A stretch of DNA of 64,000 bases from the NCBI GenBank assembly GCA_017407835.1, contig JAFQVV010000032.1, forward strand, positions 20,353 through 84,352, in the 5' to 3' direction. This DNA is from Clostridia bacterium. GTDB taxonomy: Bacteria; Bacillota; Clostridia; Oscillospirales; CAG-272. Shown piece by piece: positions 1 to 9,683 of this stretch; position 1 is the stretch's first letter, and each line of letters starts with the position of its first letter. Position numbers and translations under genes: made by a program. The notes under the pieces were generated by a model. It was given only the letters and a program-made list of their open reading frames with translations. It searched no databases and was not told where the DNA came from.

Positions 1-774
1 ATTGATACCGAGCGGAGTCTTGAGGTGAGCGAGCCCGCATTGCGCGTACTGGGTGTCGATGCGTGGACTGCGCTCATCCAAAACTTTGATGCGAGCCGTC
101 TTGCGATCAATCGCTATATCGAAGGAGAATTGACCGAATCGACCGTCACTCCGACAGGGCGCTATTGTTATTGGGACTTTTCCACCCTGCACAGCACCCG
201 GGGCTGGTATGCGGGGGCGCTGATTCCGACGGCATCGGTGAAGGGCGGGGGAGAATCACGCGCATTGGTGGGTGAATTTGACCGAAGCAATGCAGAAATC
301 GGTGAATACTGTGAGTTGATTTATCGGTTTACACAGAAAGAACCACTGGGGATTCTCGACCGTGTGACCTTTGATTTGATGATTGAAGGAGACGGTGTTT
401 GGGAAATCTGTATTTTTGTTGGGGATACCCACACACGCATAGAGCAGAAATGTGTGGTTGAGTCCGGAAAGCGTGTTTTGCTCGCTTTGAATCCGGCCGA
501 TCTTGGTGATGTTGGGGTTGACTATATCAAGCTTTGCGCCAAGCCCATTTCGGGAACCGGGGAGGGATCGATTTCTCTCTACAGCGTTTGGGGAGAGAGC
601 GATACACTGGAAGATGATGTGCTCTCCGGGACGCTTGATGAGGCCCGTTCAAACGAACAGACCGAAGATGATACGAGAACCGAAGCCATTTCCCCATGGT
701 TGCTGGTGCTTGCTGCCGTACTGATTGTTTCGGCTGCAATTGCCGTTTGGCTGGGAAGAAAATCGGAAGAATAA
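1..774 (+). CDS. C-terminal part of a membrane-anchored protein of unknown function (5' end outside window)
   Basis: Frame 1 is open from base 1 to the stop at 772-774; the track ORF 25..774 begins at an internal GTG. Single C-terminal hydrophobic helix WLLVLAAVLIVSAAIAVWL followed by GRKSEE. No catalytic motif recognised. Confidence 0.45.
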   Translation: MDTERSLEVSEPALRVLGVDAWTALIQNFDASRLAINRYIEGELTESTVTPTGRYCYWDFSTLHSTRGWYAGALIPTASVKGGGESRALVGEFDRSNAEIGEYCELIYRFTQKEPLGILDRVTFDLMIEGDGVWEICIFVGDTHTRIEQKCVVESGKRVLLALNPADLGDVGVDYIKLCAKPISGTGEGSISLYSVWGESDTLEDDVLSGTLDEARSNEQTEDDTRTEAISPWLLVLAAVLIVSAAIAVWLGRKSEE

Positions 775-810
775 TGAAAAATGCATATTTGTGAAAATAT
801 ACGAACAAGC

Positions 811-846
811 AAAAAACGAGAGTGAATGTATTCACTCTCGTTTTTT
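811..846. terminator. Bidirectional intrinsic terminator between convergent genes
   Basis: Perfect 11-bp stem ACGAGAGTGAA/TTCACTCTCGT with a 4-nt loop, an A-run upstream and a T-run downstream. Confidence 0.8.
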
Positions 847-849
847 CGT

Positions 850-2802
850 TTATTTTTGTGCGACCATATCGCGGCAGGCGGCAAGTTCATCCAGCCAAAC
901 TGCCCCGGAAGCATCGCTGGGCATACACAAATCACCGCGCGGCGAGATGCCCACCGAGCCAACTTTGGGACCGTCGGGCAGGCAGGAGCGCTTGAATTGC
1001 TGGCTGATGAAGCGGCGAATGAAAATCTCAAGCCAGTGCAGAATGGTTTCGTCATCATAGACATCCCGGAATGCCATGCGGGCGAGACGGAAGATTTTTC
1101 GCGGCGAGTAGCCGCGGCGAAGCATGAGATAAAGGTAGAAGTCGTGCAGTTCATATGGGCCGACAAGGTCTTCTGTGATCTGCGCGATCTCACCGTTTTT
1201 TGGGGGCAGCAGCTCGGGGCTGACAGGTGTGGCGAGAATATCACGCAAACATGCCGTCAGCGATGCTTGTCCCTCCCGCTCGGCGCATTCGGCGCAGTGC
1301 GCAACGATGTGGCGAATCAAGGTTTTGGGAATCGAGCTGTTGACAGCGTACATCGACATATGATCACCGTTGTAGGTCGCCCATCCCAGCGCCAGCTCGG
1401 ACAGGTCTCCCGTGCCGATGACCAAGCCGTTCTCGGCATTGGCGATATCCATGATGATCTGTGTCCGCTCCCGTGCCTGGCTGTTCTCATAGACAACATT
1501 GCGGTCGTCGGGATCGTGCCCGATGTCACGGAAGTGGAGGTTGACCGCATCGGTGATGTCAATGGTGCGCAAGGTCACGCCAAGCTCGGCGCAAAGCTTT
1601 TCGGCATTGCTTTTGGTGCGTTTTGTTGTGCCGAAACAGGGCATGGTGACGGCAATGACCTCACTGCGCGGACGGCTGAGCATGTCCATTGCCCGTACAG
1701 TGGTCAAGAGAGCCAGACAGGAATCCAGACCGCCCGAGACAGCGACAATACAACTGCGGGCAAAGGCACGTTCGATGCGTTGACGCAATCCATGCGCGGC
1801 AATGGTGAGAATTGTCTCACAGCGCTCGGCCAGCTCTGTTTTATCGGCGGGGACAAAAGGATGGGGATCTATGTTGCGGCTGAGCGGTGTTTCGGTTAGA
1901 GGCAGAGTAAAGGGGGTGTGGAGATAAGCGGAGGGATTGTCTGCGGCGGGATAGGTATTGAGGCGAATACGCTCGCGCACAAGCGAGGAAATGTCCAGTT
2001 CGGCAAAGACGCAGGCATCGGCGGGCTCGGTAAAGGGGGGACGCTCTGCTGCGAGAATGCCGTTTTCGCCGATCAGGCAGTGCCCCGAGAAGACCAAATC
2101 GGTGCTTGATTCACCATAACCGGCGTTGGCGTAAACATAGCCGGTGAGAAGCCGTGCTGAGTGCGTCTCGATCAGACGGCGGCGATAGGCGGCTTTGCCG
2201 ATAAATTCAGCACCGGCTGACAAGTTGAGTACTACGGTTGCACCTGCTGCAGTGTGTACGCAGGAGGGGGGGAGAGGAGTCCAAAGGTCCTCGCAGATTT
2301 CAACTGCCACCTGAAGCTCCGGCATGGTATCGCAGCAAAACAGCTGCTTGGTGCCGAACGGAACCTCGGTGCCGCCGACAGTGATATGGTGCATACCATC
2401 GGGGGCGGGCGTGAAATAGCGTTGCTCGCTGTGCTCGGCATAGTTGGGGAGATTGCGCTTGGGCACAATGCCCAGCAGCTTTCCCGATGCACAGACGGCG
2501 GCGCAGTTATAGAGTTTGTTCTGCCAAATCAGCGGAAGACCGATGACTGACAGCATGGGCAGATCGGCCGTGCCTTGCAGATATTCCGCCAATGCCGCCT
2601 CTGCGGAAGTGAGCAATGCACGGGAAAAAAAGAGGTCACCGCAGGTGTAGGCGGTCACACAAAGTTCGGGAAAAACCAGCACACGAGCAGCGTTTGCCGA
2701 GGCCTCATGTGCGATGCGGATCAGTTCTTCTGTGTTGTGCGGACAATCAGCGATGCGAATACTCGGCACCGCCGCCGCCACACGAATAAATCCGTCTTTC
2801 AT
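850..2802 (-). CDS. nadE: Glutamine-dependent NAD+ synthetase
   Basis: N-terminal CN-hydrolase (glutaminase) domain (VLVFPELCVTAYTCGDLF) fused to an NAD synthetase ATP-pyrophosphatase domain with SGGLDS P-loop. Start trimmed to the ATG at 2802 (MKDGFIRVAAA), preceded by GGAAAGGAA; the longer track start at 2955 has no RBS. Confidence 0.9.
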   Translation of the reverse strand: MKDGFIRVAAAVPSIRIADCPHNTEELIRIAHEASANAARVLVFPELCVTAYTCGDLFFSRALLTSAEAALAEYLQGTADLPMLSVIGLPLIWQNKLYNCAAVCASGKLLGIVPKRNLPNYAEHSEQRYFTPAPDGMHHITVGGTEVPFGTKQLFCCDTMPELQVAVEICEDLWTPLPPSCVHTAAGATVVLNLSAGAEFIGKAAYRRRLIETHSARLLTGYVYANAGYGESSTDLVFSGHCLIGENGILAAERPPFTEPADACVFAELDISSLVRERIRLNTYPAADNPSAYLHTPFTLPLTETPLSRNIDPHPFVPADKTELAERCETILTIAAHGLRQRIERAFARSCIVAVSGGLDSCLALLTTVRAMDMLSRPRSEVIAVTMPCFGTTKRTKSNAEKLCAELGVTLRTIDITDAVNLHFRDIGHDPDDRNVVYENSQARERTQIIMDIANAENGLVIGTGDLSELALGWATYNGDHMSMYAVNSSIPKTLIRHIVAHCAECAEREGQASLTACLRDILATPVSPELLPPKNGEIAQITEDLVGPYELHDFYLYLMLRRGYSPRKIFRLARMAFRDVYDDETILHWLEIFIRRFISQQFKRSCLPDGPKVGSVGISPRGDLCMPSDASGAVWLDELAACRDMVAQK

Positions 2803-2803
2803 C

Positions 2804-2832
2804 TTGACAGTTCCTTTCCGAATGGATATAAT
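2804..2832 (+). promoter_or_regulatory. Sigma-A-type promoter for pncA-pncB
   Basis: TTGACA (2804-2809), 17-nt spacer, TATAAT (2827-2832). Confidence 0.6.
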
Positions 2833-2839
2833 TAAGTAT

Positions 2840-2868
2840 ATTATAGCTTGAAATGCCCAAAAATACAA
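2840..2868 (-). promoter_or_regulatory. Sigma-A-type promoter for nadE
   Basis: Minus strand TTGTAT (2868-2863), 17-nt spacer, TATAAT (2845-2840), about 30 nt upstream of the nadE ATG. Confidence 0.5.
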
Positions 2869-2966
2869 CAGGAAAAGAAAATTTTCTCGCAGTAAGGCGC
2901 GGGTATGACCGCAGAGGAGAAGGATATCCCATGTCCTTTGACCAATTGAGCACAAAAGGAGAATTG

Positions 2967-3503
2967 ATGATGAAAAGAATAGAAAAAACCGCTCTTGTGG
3001 TGGTGGATTATCAGCGTGATTTTGTCGACGGTGCGCTGGGATTCCCTGGCGCGGAGCAGCTTGAGTCGGGTATTGCTGCGCGCATTGAGGAGGAGCTTGC
3101 TTCGGGGGGAGATCTCATCTTTACCCTCGACACCCACACCGATGCCTATATGCAGACGCATGAGGGGAAAAATTTGCCCGTTCCCCACTGCATTCGCGGC
3201 ACCGATGGGCATCGCTTGACCGATGATCTGCTTGGCTATGCCGACCGTGCGGTGCGCATTTTTGAGAAGCCGGCCTTCGGTTCGCCCGAGTTGGGAGCTT
3301 TTCTCGCTGCACAGGGCTATGATCGTGTAGAGCTGTGCGGGCTGGTGTCCAATATTTGTGTGCTTTCCAACGCAGTGATTGCGCGTTCTGCCCTTCCTGA
3401 GGCTGAGATCGTGGTGGATTCCGCGCTGACCGCTTCCCATGATCCTGCCGCACACGAGGCGGCGCTGACTGTTCTTCGCGGTATTCAGATTTTTGTCAAA
3501 TAA
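2967..3503 (+). CDS. pncA: Isochorismatase-family cysteine hydrolase, probable nicotinamidase
   Basis: VVVDYQRDF (Asp), FEKPAFGS (Lys) and CGLVSNICV (Cys) fit the isochorismatase/nicotinamidase triad. Lies directly upstream of pncB. ATG at 2967 follows AAAGGAG. Confidence 0.75.
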   Translation: MMKRIEKTALVVVDYQRDFVDGALGFPGAEQLESGIAARIEEELASGGDLIFTLDTHTDAYMQTHEGKNLPVPHCIRGTDGHRLTDDLLGYADRAVRIFEKPAFGSPELGAFLAAQGYDRVELCGLVSNICVLSNAVIARSALPEAEIVVDSALTASHDPAAHEAALTVLRGIQIFVK

Positions 3504-3523
3504 GCGGGCGGAAGGAGAAAATT

Positions 3524-4996
3524 ATGCGCAATTTTACCATGCTCTGCGATTTTTATGAGTTGACCATGGCGGGCGGATATTTCCGCACGGGCATGGCAGA
3601 TAAGATATGCTATTTCGATCTCTTTTTCCGCCGAATTCCCGACGGCGGCGGATATGCGATTGCAGCAGGGCTTGAGCAGGTGGTCGACTATATCCGCAAT
3701 CTGCACTTCGATGAAGCGGATATTGATTACCTGCGGGGCAAAGGCTGTTTTGATGAGGCTTTTCTCTGCTATCTGCGCGGATTCCGCTTCACGGGCGATA
3801 TTTGGGCGGTACCCGAGGGGACGGTTGTCTTTCCCGGAGAACCTCTGCTGACAGTTCGTGCCCGTGCCATCGAGGCACAGTTTATCGAGACCTATCTCCT
3901 GCTTGCCATCAACCATCAATCGCTGATTGCAACCAAGGCGAGCCGCATCGTGCGCGCAGCAAAGGGAAGGGCAATCAGCGAATTTGGCGCGCGGCGGGCG
4001 CAGGGCGCGGATGCTGCCATTCTCGGTGCACGGGCGGCGTATATCGGTGGCTGCACAGCAACGGCAACAACCTTGACCGATGCGCTGTACGGCGTACCCG
4101 CAACGGGGACGATGGCGCATTCTTGGATTCAGCTGTTTGATGATGAATACGAGGCCTTTTGTGCGTACTGCCGCTGTTATCCGCACAATGCAACCCTGTT
4201 GGTGGATACCTACAATGTGCTGGAGAGCGGTATTCCCAATGCCATTCGCGCGTTTCGTGATGTTTTACTGCCGCAGGGAATTACCCAATGTGCCGTTCGC
4301 CTGGATTCGGGGGATCTGGCATATCTTTCGCGCCGCGCGAGAAAGATGCTCGATGACGCCGGCTTGAACGAGTGCCGCATTATCGCCAGCAACGCCCTCG
4401 ATGAATATCGAATTGCCGATATTCTCAATCAGGGAGCTTGCATCGATGCCTTCGGCGTTGGTGAGCGTCTCATTACAGCAAGCAGTGAGCCGGTGTTCGG
4501 CGGTGTCTATAAGCTTTGCGCAGTTGAAGATGATGACGGCAATATTTTGCCCCGCATCAAGATCAGCGAAAACACCGCCAAAATCACCACGCCCCATTTC
4601 AAGCAGGTTTATCGTCTCTATAATGGCACCGACGGCCACGCCGAAGCCGATTTGATTTGCCTGCACGATGAATTGGTGGACGACAGTCTTCCGCTCACGC
4701 TTTTCGATCCCGATTACACGTGGAAGCGCAGAACAATGGTGAATTTTACACCGCGGCGTTTGCTGATCCCGATTTTCCGCAGCGGAGAGCTGGTCTATGA
4801 CCTGCCGACACTTGAGGAGATTCGCGCATATTGTGCCAAAGAACAAGGTTCATTGTGGGATGAAGTTCTCCGCCCCGACAATCCCCATAAATATTATGTT
4901 GACCTCTCGGAGCGGCTCTGGACGCTCAAACAGGAGCTGCTCAAATCGCACGCAATCGGCGGCGAGTTGGAGTTGGCACACAACGGGACGATGTAA
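3524..4996 (+). CDS. pncB: Nicotinate phosphoribosyltransferase
   Basis: N-terminus MLCDFYELTMAGGYF and GTMAHSWIQ are typical of NAPRTase; 490 aa; in an NAD-salvage context. Confidence 0.9.
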   Translation: MRNFTMLCDFYELTMAGGYFRTGMADKICYFDLFFRRIPDGGGYAIAAGLEQVVDYIRNLHFDEADIDYLRGKGCFDEAFLCYLRGFRFTGDIWAVPEGTVVFPGEPLLTVRARAIEAQFIETYLLLAINHQSLIATKASRIVRAAKGRAISEFGARRAQGADAAILGARAAYIGGCTATATTLTDALYGVPATGTMAHSWIQLFDDEYEAFCAYCRCYPHNATLLVDTYNVLESGIPNAIRAFRDVLLPQGITQCAVRLDSGDLAYLSRRARKMLDDAGLNECRIIASNALDEYRIADILNQGACIDAFGVGERLITASSEPVFGGVYKLCAVEDDDGNILPRIKISENTAKITTPHFKQVYRLYNGTDGHAEADLICLHDELVDDSLPLTLFDPDYTWKRRTMVNFTPRRLLIPIFRSGELVYDLPTLEEIRAYCAKEQGSLWDEVLRPDNPHKYYVDLSERLWTLKQELLKSHAIGGELELAHNGTM

Positions 4997-5012
4997 AGCC
5001 ATACTTGCATAA

Positions 5013-5045
5013 ATAAATTGAAACCGCCATGGATATTCTCCATGG
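5013..5045. terminator. Bidirectional intrinsic terminator
   Basis: 10-bp stem CCGCCATGGA/TCCATGGCGG flanked by AAA and TTTTT, between convergent pncB and the lipoprotein gene. Confidence 0.8.
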
Positions 5046-5059
5046 CGGTTTTTCTATGC

Positions 5060-6307
5060 TTACGGTGTGATTGCGGCGGCTTGATATGCGCGGACAACGG
5101 GGGCAGAGCTAATGCCTTCATCGCGCAGATAATCGCGCTCATAGCGGCCTGTATCGGTGTAATATACACCGTGCTGTGCGATGCAGATAGTACGGTTTTC
5201 GATAGCATCGGCAGGAATTTCCGCAATGAGGAGATAGAAACGCGTTGTGGGTTTGGGTTCTGCACCGCGCGTGGGGGCAATGTCACGGATGTGTACATAA
5301 AGTGCACCGTCATCCGAACGAATATCGAAGATTTCAATCGGTGCCGCTGTACTGTACTGATTGCCCATGGGAATCAGCAGCAGTGCGTGCTCACGGAAAT
5401 AGGTGTCATCGTAAGAGGCAAGGCTGTTCTCAATCTCTTCGCAGACGGTGGAGGTGCAATCACTGTGTGCACCAAGCAGGCGGGAAAGTTCAGATACACT
5501 GCTCACCAGCGTGACGCTGCTGAAATGCGCAGCGGTGCGGTCAAGGAAAAGACGGGAGCGATAGAGCACCGGAGTGCCGAGTTCGGTGATGGAGGCCGGC
5601 TCATCTGCAGGGACGGGAGCAGCGGTTGTTTCGGGGGCAATTGTTGTTTCGGGCATTTGCGTGGTTTGTGCCGGCGTTTTTGCTTTCCCAACGGTAATCT
5701 CGCCACCGCAGGTCAAATGGTCGATTTTAATCCCCGAATAGCTTCCCCAAAACGGCCAGCTGACCGAGATTTCTACCGTTGCGGTTCCATCTTCTGCGAG
5801 AGGGATGTCCACTGTTGCCGATGCAAGCGTTTTTGTTTGCTTGGCACTGCCCTCATACGTAATCGCCTCGGTGGAGAAGGTTTGGCTGGAATTGCCGATT
5901 TTGAGGGTTCCGTTGTTTCGTGCACTGACCCAGATGGAATAGTGTGTGATGTAGGCCTCGGCGCGCAAGGTGACGGTTTTTTCATCGGAGGAAATTACCG
6001 ACCAGTCAATGTGCACCTCGAGGTTGCTGCCGGTGTCTGACGAAAAGCTGCCGGACGCCGCGGGCTCGGGATGAACCGAAGGCGCAGCTGTGGTTTCGGG
6101 CATGGGTGCTGTAGTTGTTTCAGCGGCAGGTGGCAGTGTGGTTTGTATGGCGGGAGACGCTGTTGTTTCGGCAGACATGGGGGTGGTATTGTCTGGCGTT
6201 TGCCCTTGATCGGGGGGCGTTTTGTCTCTTCCGCAAGCAGCGAGGGACAACAGAGTCAGTGTCAATGCCAGCAGACGGATCCGACGGGAATGAAAGCGGT
6301 TTTTCAT
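5060..6307 (-). CDS. Lipoprotein of unknown function
   Basis: Signal peptide with lipobox LSLAAC, Thr/Pro-rich linkers (ETT repeats), and RBS GGAAAGGAG upstream of the ATG at 6307. Confidence 0.7.
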   Translation of the reverse strand: MKNRFHSRRIRLLALTLTLLSLAACGRDKTPPDQGQTPDNTTPMSAETTASPAIQTTLPPAAETTTAPMPETTAAPSVHPEPAASGSFSSDTGSNLEVHIDWSVISSDEKTVTLRAEAYITHYSIWVSARNNGTLKIGNSSQTFSTEAITYEGSAKQTKTLASATVDIPLAEDGTATVEISVSWPFWGSYSGIKIDHLTCGGEITVGKAKTPAQTTQMPETTIAPETTAAPVPADEPASITELGTPVLYRSRLFLDRTAAHFSSVTLVSSVSELSRLLGAHSDCTSTVCEEIENSLASYDDTYFREHALLLIPMGNQYSTAAPIEIFDIRSDDGALYVHIRDIAPTRGAEPKPTTRFYLLIAEIPADAIENRTICIAQHGVYYTDTGRYERDYLRDEGISSAPVVRAYQAAAITP

Positions 6308-6337
6308 AAGAAATCTCCTTTCCGTGAAGGGCGCGTG

Positions 6338-7246
6338 TCAGGGACAGCTTACGATAAATTTCCTCAACAGCGTCACAGGGTGATAGGCTTGCTTGGAGCG
6401 GCGCAGACCGGGATGTCCGTCGTCCTCCTCGCGATTGATATAGAAAATGTTCGGTGTCATGCCAAGCCGTGCAAATTCACGGACAAGCATGGGATAAACG
6501 CCCGAGTAGGCGGTGTTTCCTTTTTCAATGTGGACAAACAGAGTGTCGCCCAATCGTTCCCCGATGGAGAAGCCGACAATTTCTTCTCTCACACGGAGGA
6601 CTCCGCCGCAGAGGGGGGCTCCGCCATTCACCAGCGTGGGAAAGAGGGAGATCAGATTCGATGCCGTCTCAGCTTCGGCAAGCGCGGAGGGGACTGCATT
6701 GTCTGCCGTCCGCGCACGGTGCTCGCGGTAGAAAGCGGCAACTGCATCCATTTGATCGGCTGTGAGCGCACAGTAACTGTAATCCGGATATTCGGCGAGA
6801 AAGCGGTTGATGTGATTACGCGGTCCATGGTAGGCTCGTCCTGTCAGTGCGGCGAGGGCAGGGGCATCATAGAGATAATCGGACCAGCCGTCATTGCTCT
6901 CCCGCGTGCAGGCGTGTCCGAAATGATCGCAGATCAGGGCGGCCTCTTCTTCGGTCAGCGAAGCAAAGGTAAGGGGAGAGCCCTTTGCTTCGGCGTCGGC
7001 GCGGCAGGCGTTGAGTGCACTGTCAAGCGCTCCCTGTCCCCAGGGAAAGCCGTAAACCATTCGTCCGTCCCAGCGCGAGCGTAGGAGTATCCTGCCGTCA
7101 TGCTCGGCTAACTCTGTGTTGTATTGATTCGCCCACATATAGAGAATGCCAGACGTTCGGTCGCACAGGCGTCCCGATGCGTCTCGGATATAAGCGAGAA
7201 TTTTCGGAAGATGTGCCGCGGTCAGCGGCTGAAATTCGGGTATCAT
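6338..7246 (-). CDS. DUF2156-like protein (resembles the aminoacyl-lipid synthase C-terminal domain of MprF/LysX, without a flippase domain)
   Basis: Overall similarity recognised by eye (GFPWG, HINRF, FVHIEKG segments). Its start overlaps the rnhA stop in an ATGA arrangement. Confidence 0.55.
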   Translation of the reverse strand: MIPEFQPLTAAHLPKILAYIRDASGRLCDRTSGILYMWANQYNTELAEHDGRILLRSRWDGRMVYGFPWGQGALDSALNACRADAEAKGSPLTFASLTEEEAALICDHFGHACTRESNDGWSDYLYDAPALAALTGRAYHGPRNHINRFLAEYPDYSYCALTADQMDAVAAFYREHRARTADNAVPSALAEAETASNLISLFPTLVNGGAPLCGGVLRVREEIVGFSIGERLGDTLFVHIEKGNTAYSGVYPMLVREFARLGMTPNIFYINREEDDGHPGLRRSKQAYHPVTLLRKFIVSCP

Positions 7247-7713
7247 AGAGCAGAACCGTCGCTCCTTTGATCGGTGTGTTGAAGACTGTCGGCAAAAGCG
7301 GTTGCCAGTGCGTCGCAGCGCTCATTGTAGGGATGGCCGTTGTGACCGCGAACCCAGATGAAGGTGACGATGTGACGGTCGAGCAGAGCCAGAAGCTCTT
7401 CCCAGAGGTCGGCATTGAGTGCAGGTGATTTGTCAGCCTTGCGCCACCCGCGGGCTTGCCATCCTTTGGCCCAGCCGAGATTGATTGCATCGGTGAGGTA
7501 TTTGGAATCAGAGGTGAGGGTGACGGTGCAAGGTCGGTTAAGCGCGGCCAGCGCACGAATTGCCGCAGTCAGCTCCATGCGATTGTTGGTGGTTGAGGCT
7601 TCGCCCCCCGACAGCTCGCGTTCGTGATCGCTGCAGACAAGGATGGCACCCCATCCGCCGGGACCGGGATTGCCGCGGCAGGCACCGTCGGTGTAGATAT
7701 CAACGTGTGTCAT
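7243..7713 (-). CDS. rnhA: Ribonuclease HI
   Basis: [28 protein letters not shown] and [12 protein letters not shown] motifs (the RNase H1 DEDD set). Confidence 0.9.
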   Translation of the reverse strand: MTHVDIYTDGACRGNPGPGGWGAILVCSDHERELSGGEASTTNNRMELTAAIRALAALNRPCTVTLTSDSKYLTDAINLGWAKGWQARGWRKADKSPALNADLWEELLALLDRHIVTFIWVRGHNGHPYNERCDALATAFADSLQHTDQRSDGSAL

Positions 7714-7746
7714 AGCAAATTCCTTTTCGATGGAATTGTGGTTGGC

Positions 7747-8403
7747 TCAAACATGAAAGCGCCGCGCAAGATCGGTGCGGATCTGATCACCCTCAAGGAT
7801 GAGGAGTGCGATGATGGCGATAAGACTGACGGCGACGCAGGACAGGCTCAGGTAAATAAAGTGAAGCAGGTTTGCCAGATAAAAGATCAGCGGTGTAACG
7901 CCCAGCAGAGCATCGGCGAGAATGCAGCCGATATAATCCCCCGGGGGCAGGCGCAGTACTTTGCCGATTACGCCGAGGGTAATGATGGCCGCCATGCAGG
8001 TGCAGGGGATGACAAAGTCAATCGACCAGCCGTGCCAGAGCGTGACGGCGTCCCATATGCCCGAGAAGATACAGATCCAGAAAACCTGGTTGAGAATACC
8101 GCGCGGAATATTGGTTCGCCGACGGATGGCTGTAATCAGCAAAACCCAGAAGCAGACGGCACCGATGACAACGAAGTGACACCACAGCCCGCTCTGCGGG
8201 ATCATCAAATTGACGGCAACCGAGGCGATGACGCCTGCCGCGGTGGCGATGAAAAGAAGCTTGAAAAAGAAGGTATATTGGCTGTAGAGCGATTTGATCT
8301 TGGGGAATACTGCTTCGCTCTCGCCCTTGAGCGCAGATTGGCAAAGCGGGCAGGTTTGGCGCGAGGTGCGCACCTGAATGCCGCAGGTATCACAATGTTT
8401 CAA
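7747..8403 (-). CDS. Zinc-ribbon membrane protein (multi-pass), unknown function
   Basis: N-terminal CDTCG...CPLC zinc ribbon followed by about 5 hydrophobic helices. TTG start at 8403 preceded by GGAAGGAG; there is no in-frame ATG nearby. Confidence 0.6.
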   Translation of the reverse strand: MKHCDTCGIQVRTSRQTCPLCQSALKGESEAVFPKIKSLYSQYTFFFKLLFIATAAGVIASVAVNLMIPQSGLWCHFVVIGAVCFWVLLITAIRRRTNIPRGILNQVFWICIFSGIWDAVTLWHGWSIDFVIPCTCMAAIITLGVIGKVLRLPPGDYIGCILADALLGVTPLIFYLANLLHFIYLSLSCVAVSLIAIIALLILEGDQIRTDLARRFHV

Positions 8404-8426
8404 TCCCGGAAACTCCTTCCTTGGGG

Positions 8427-9683
8427 TTATGCATCGTCATCCAAAAGGTTGGTTTCGATGAGCAGTGACCGATCCAGCTCGTGCAGGTGACGGAAGAGAC
8501 GCCGCTGGATGTTTGTATCAAGATAGGGGGAGGTTACAGAGAGGCTGATGTGCTCACCGAACGAGCAGACGCAGAGCTGCATTTTATTGGTGGCGTTGCA
8601 GACATGAAATGCGCGGATGTGGGGCAGATAGGCTTGGGGCATCTGCACAATACCGACATTTGAGAGGGTAGCGGTGTACTCTTTGTTGGAGAGGGTATAG
8701 GCTGAGCGCAGGACAAGATCTTTGATGGGCAGGGGGGTGATGCGTGCGATGATATTGTCCTCGAAGGCAGTCAGGCTATTGAAGTGCGCAGTCAGCCGAT
8801 CGCGGTCCAGCTCGCGTGCGAAGGTTTCCTTGACGGTGGCGAGAATATCGGCAAAAGAACCGTCTCCACGGGAAAAATCATAACCGACGTAGATGGGGGT
8901 GAAGAAATTGCGCACCGAGTCGGAAGGGAAATAGTTGCGCAGATTCACGGGGATGTTGAGAATAACGGGGCGTTTGCGGGCGCGAACCGACATCTCCTCC
9001 CCGATGGCAGAGAGCAGACAGGCAGAGAGATATGCCGTCAGCGTGGCGTTATGTTCGTGCGCTGCCGCAAGCAGAGGAGAGATGCGCAGAGTGCCACGAA
9101 TGAGTCCTGTACGGTTTTCGGAGAGTTTGGATCCGCGCAGCAGTGCGGCGCGGGGCAGATGACGGCGCTTCATCGGGATGCGGCGGGAATAACGGCGGAA
9201 GCTGTCGTCCGCCATGCCCGAATGGGCGGTTTCATACCCGAGATTTTCCTCAGGCAGACCGTCGCGGAGCGAAAGATATTTCATGATCAGTGTGCGCAGA
9301 AAGTGCATGGCCCCCGTTCCGTCACTGATGACGTGATAAACCTCCAGGTTGACGGTTGCACCAAAATAGCTGACTTCGTAGAGAAGAGTCCGCGTAGTGG
9401 GGCGGTAAAGCGGGGCGCAGAGCGGCTTGTGCTCCTGTGACACGGTGGGCTTGAGATTGGATGCTTCAAGATAATACCAGAATACGCCGCGGCGGAGAAC
9501 ATAACCGAAAATGGGAAAAGCTTTGGCTGTCTCATCCAGCGCCTGCTGCAGAAGCTTGGGATTGACAGGGGAGTTGAGTTCACAGGAAAAACGGAAAACG
9601 TGCGTATCTGCCAGCGTGCTTGATGAGGGGAAGATTTTAGCAGCGTTATCGAGTTTTTTCCATCTATTTTTGACTTGCTTCAT
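8427..9683 (-). CDS. Condensation-domain / alcohol-acyltransferase-like O-acyltransferase
   Basis: YHVISDGTG matches the HxxxDG catalytic motif of the condensation/WS-DGAT/PapA5 superfamily; 418 aa. Confidence 0.6.
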   Translation of the reverse strand: MKQVKNRWKKLDNAAKIFPSSSTLADTHVFRFSCELNSPVNPKLLQQALDETAKAFPIFGYVLRRGVFWYYLEASNLKPTVSQEHKPLCAPLYRPTTRTLLYEVSYFGATVNLEVYHVISDGTGAMHFLRTLIMKYLSLRDGLPEENLGYETAHSGMADDSFRRYSRRIPMKRRHLPRAALLRGSKLSENRTGLIRGTLRISPLLAAAHEHNATLTAYLSACLLSAIGEEMSVRARKRPVILNIPVNLRNYFPSDSVRNFFTPIYVGYDFSRGDGSFADILATVKETFARELDRDRLTAHFNSLTAFEDNIIARITPLPIKDLVLRSAYTLSNKEYTATLSNVGIVQMPQAYLPHIRAFHVCNATNKMQLCVCSFGEHISLSVTSPYLDTNIQRRLFRHLHELDRSLLIETNLLDDDA

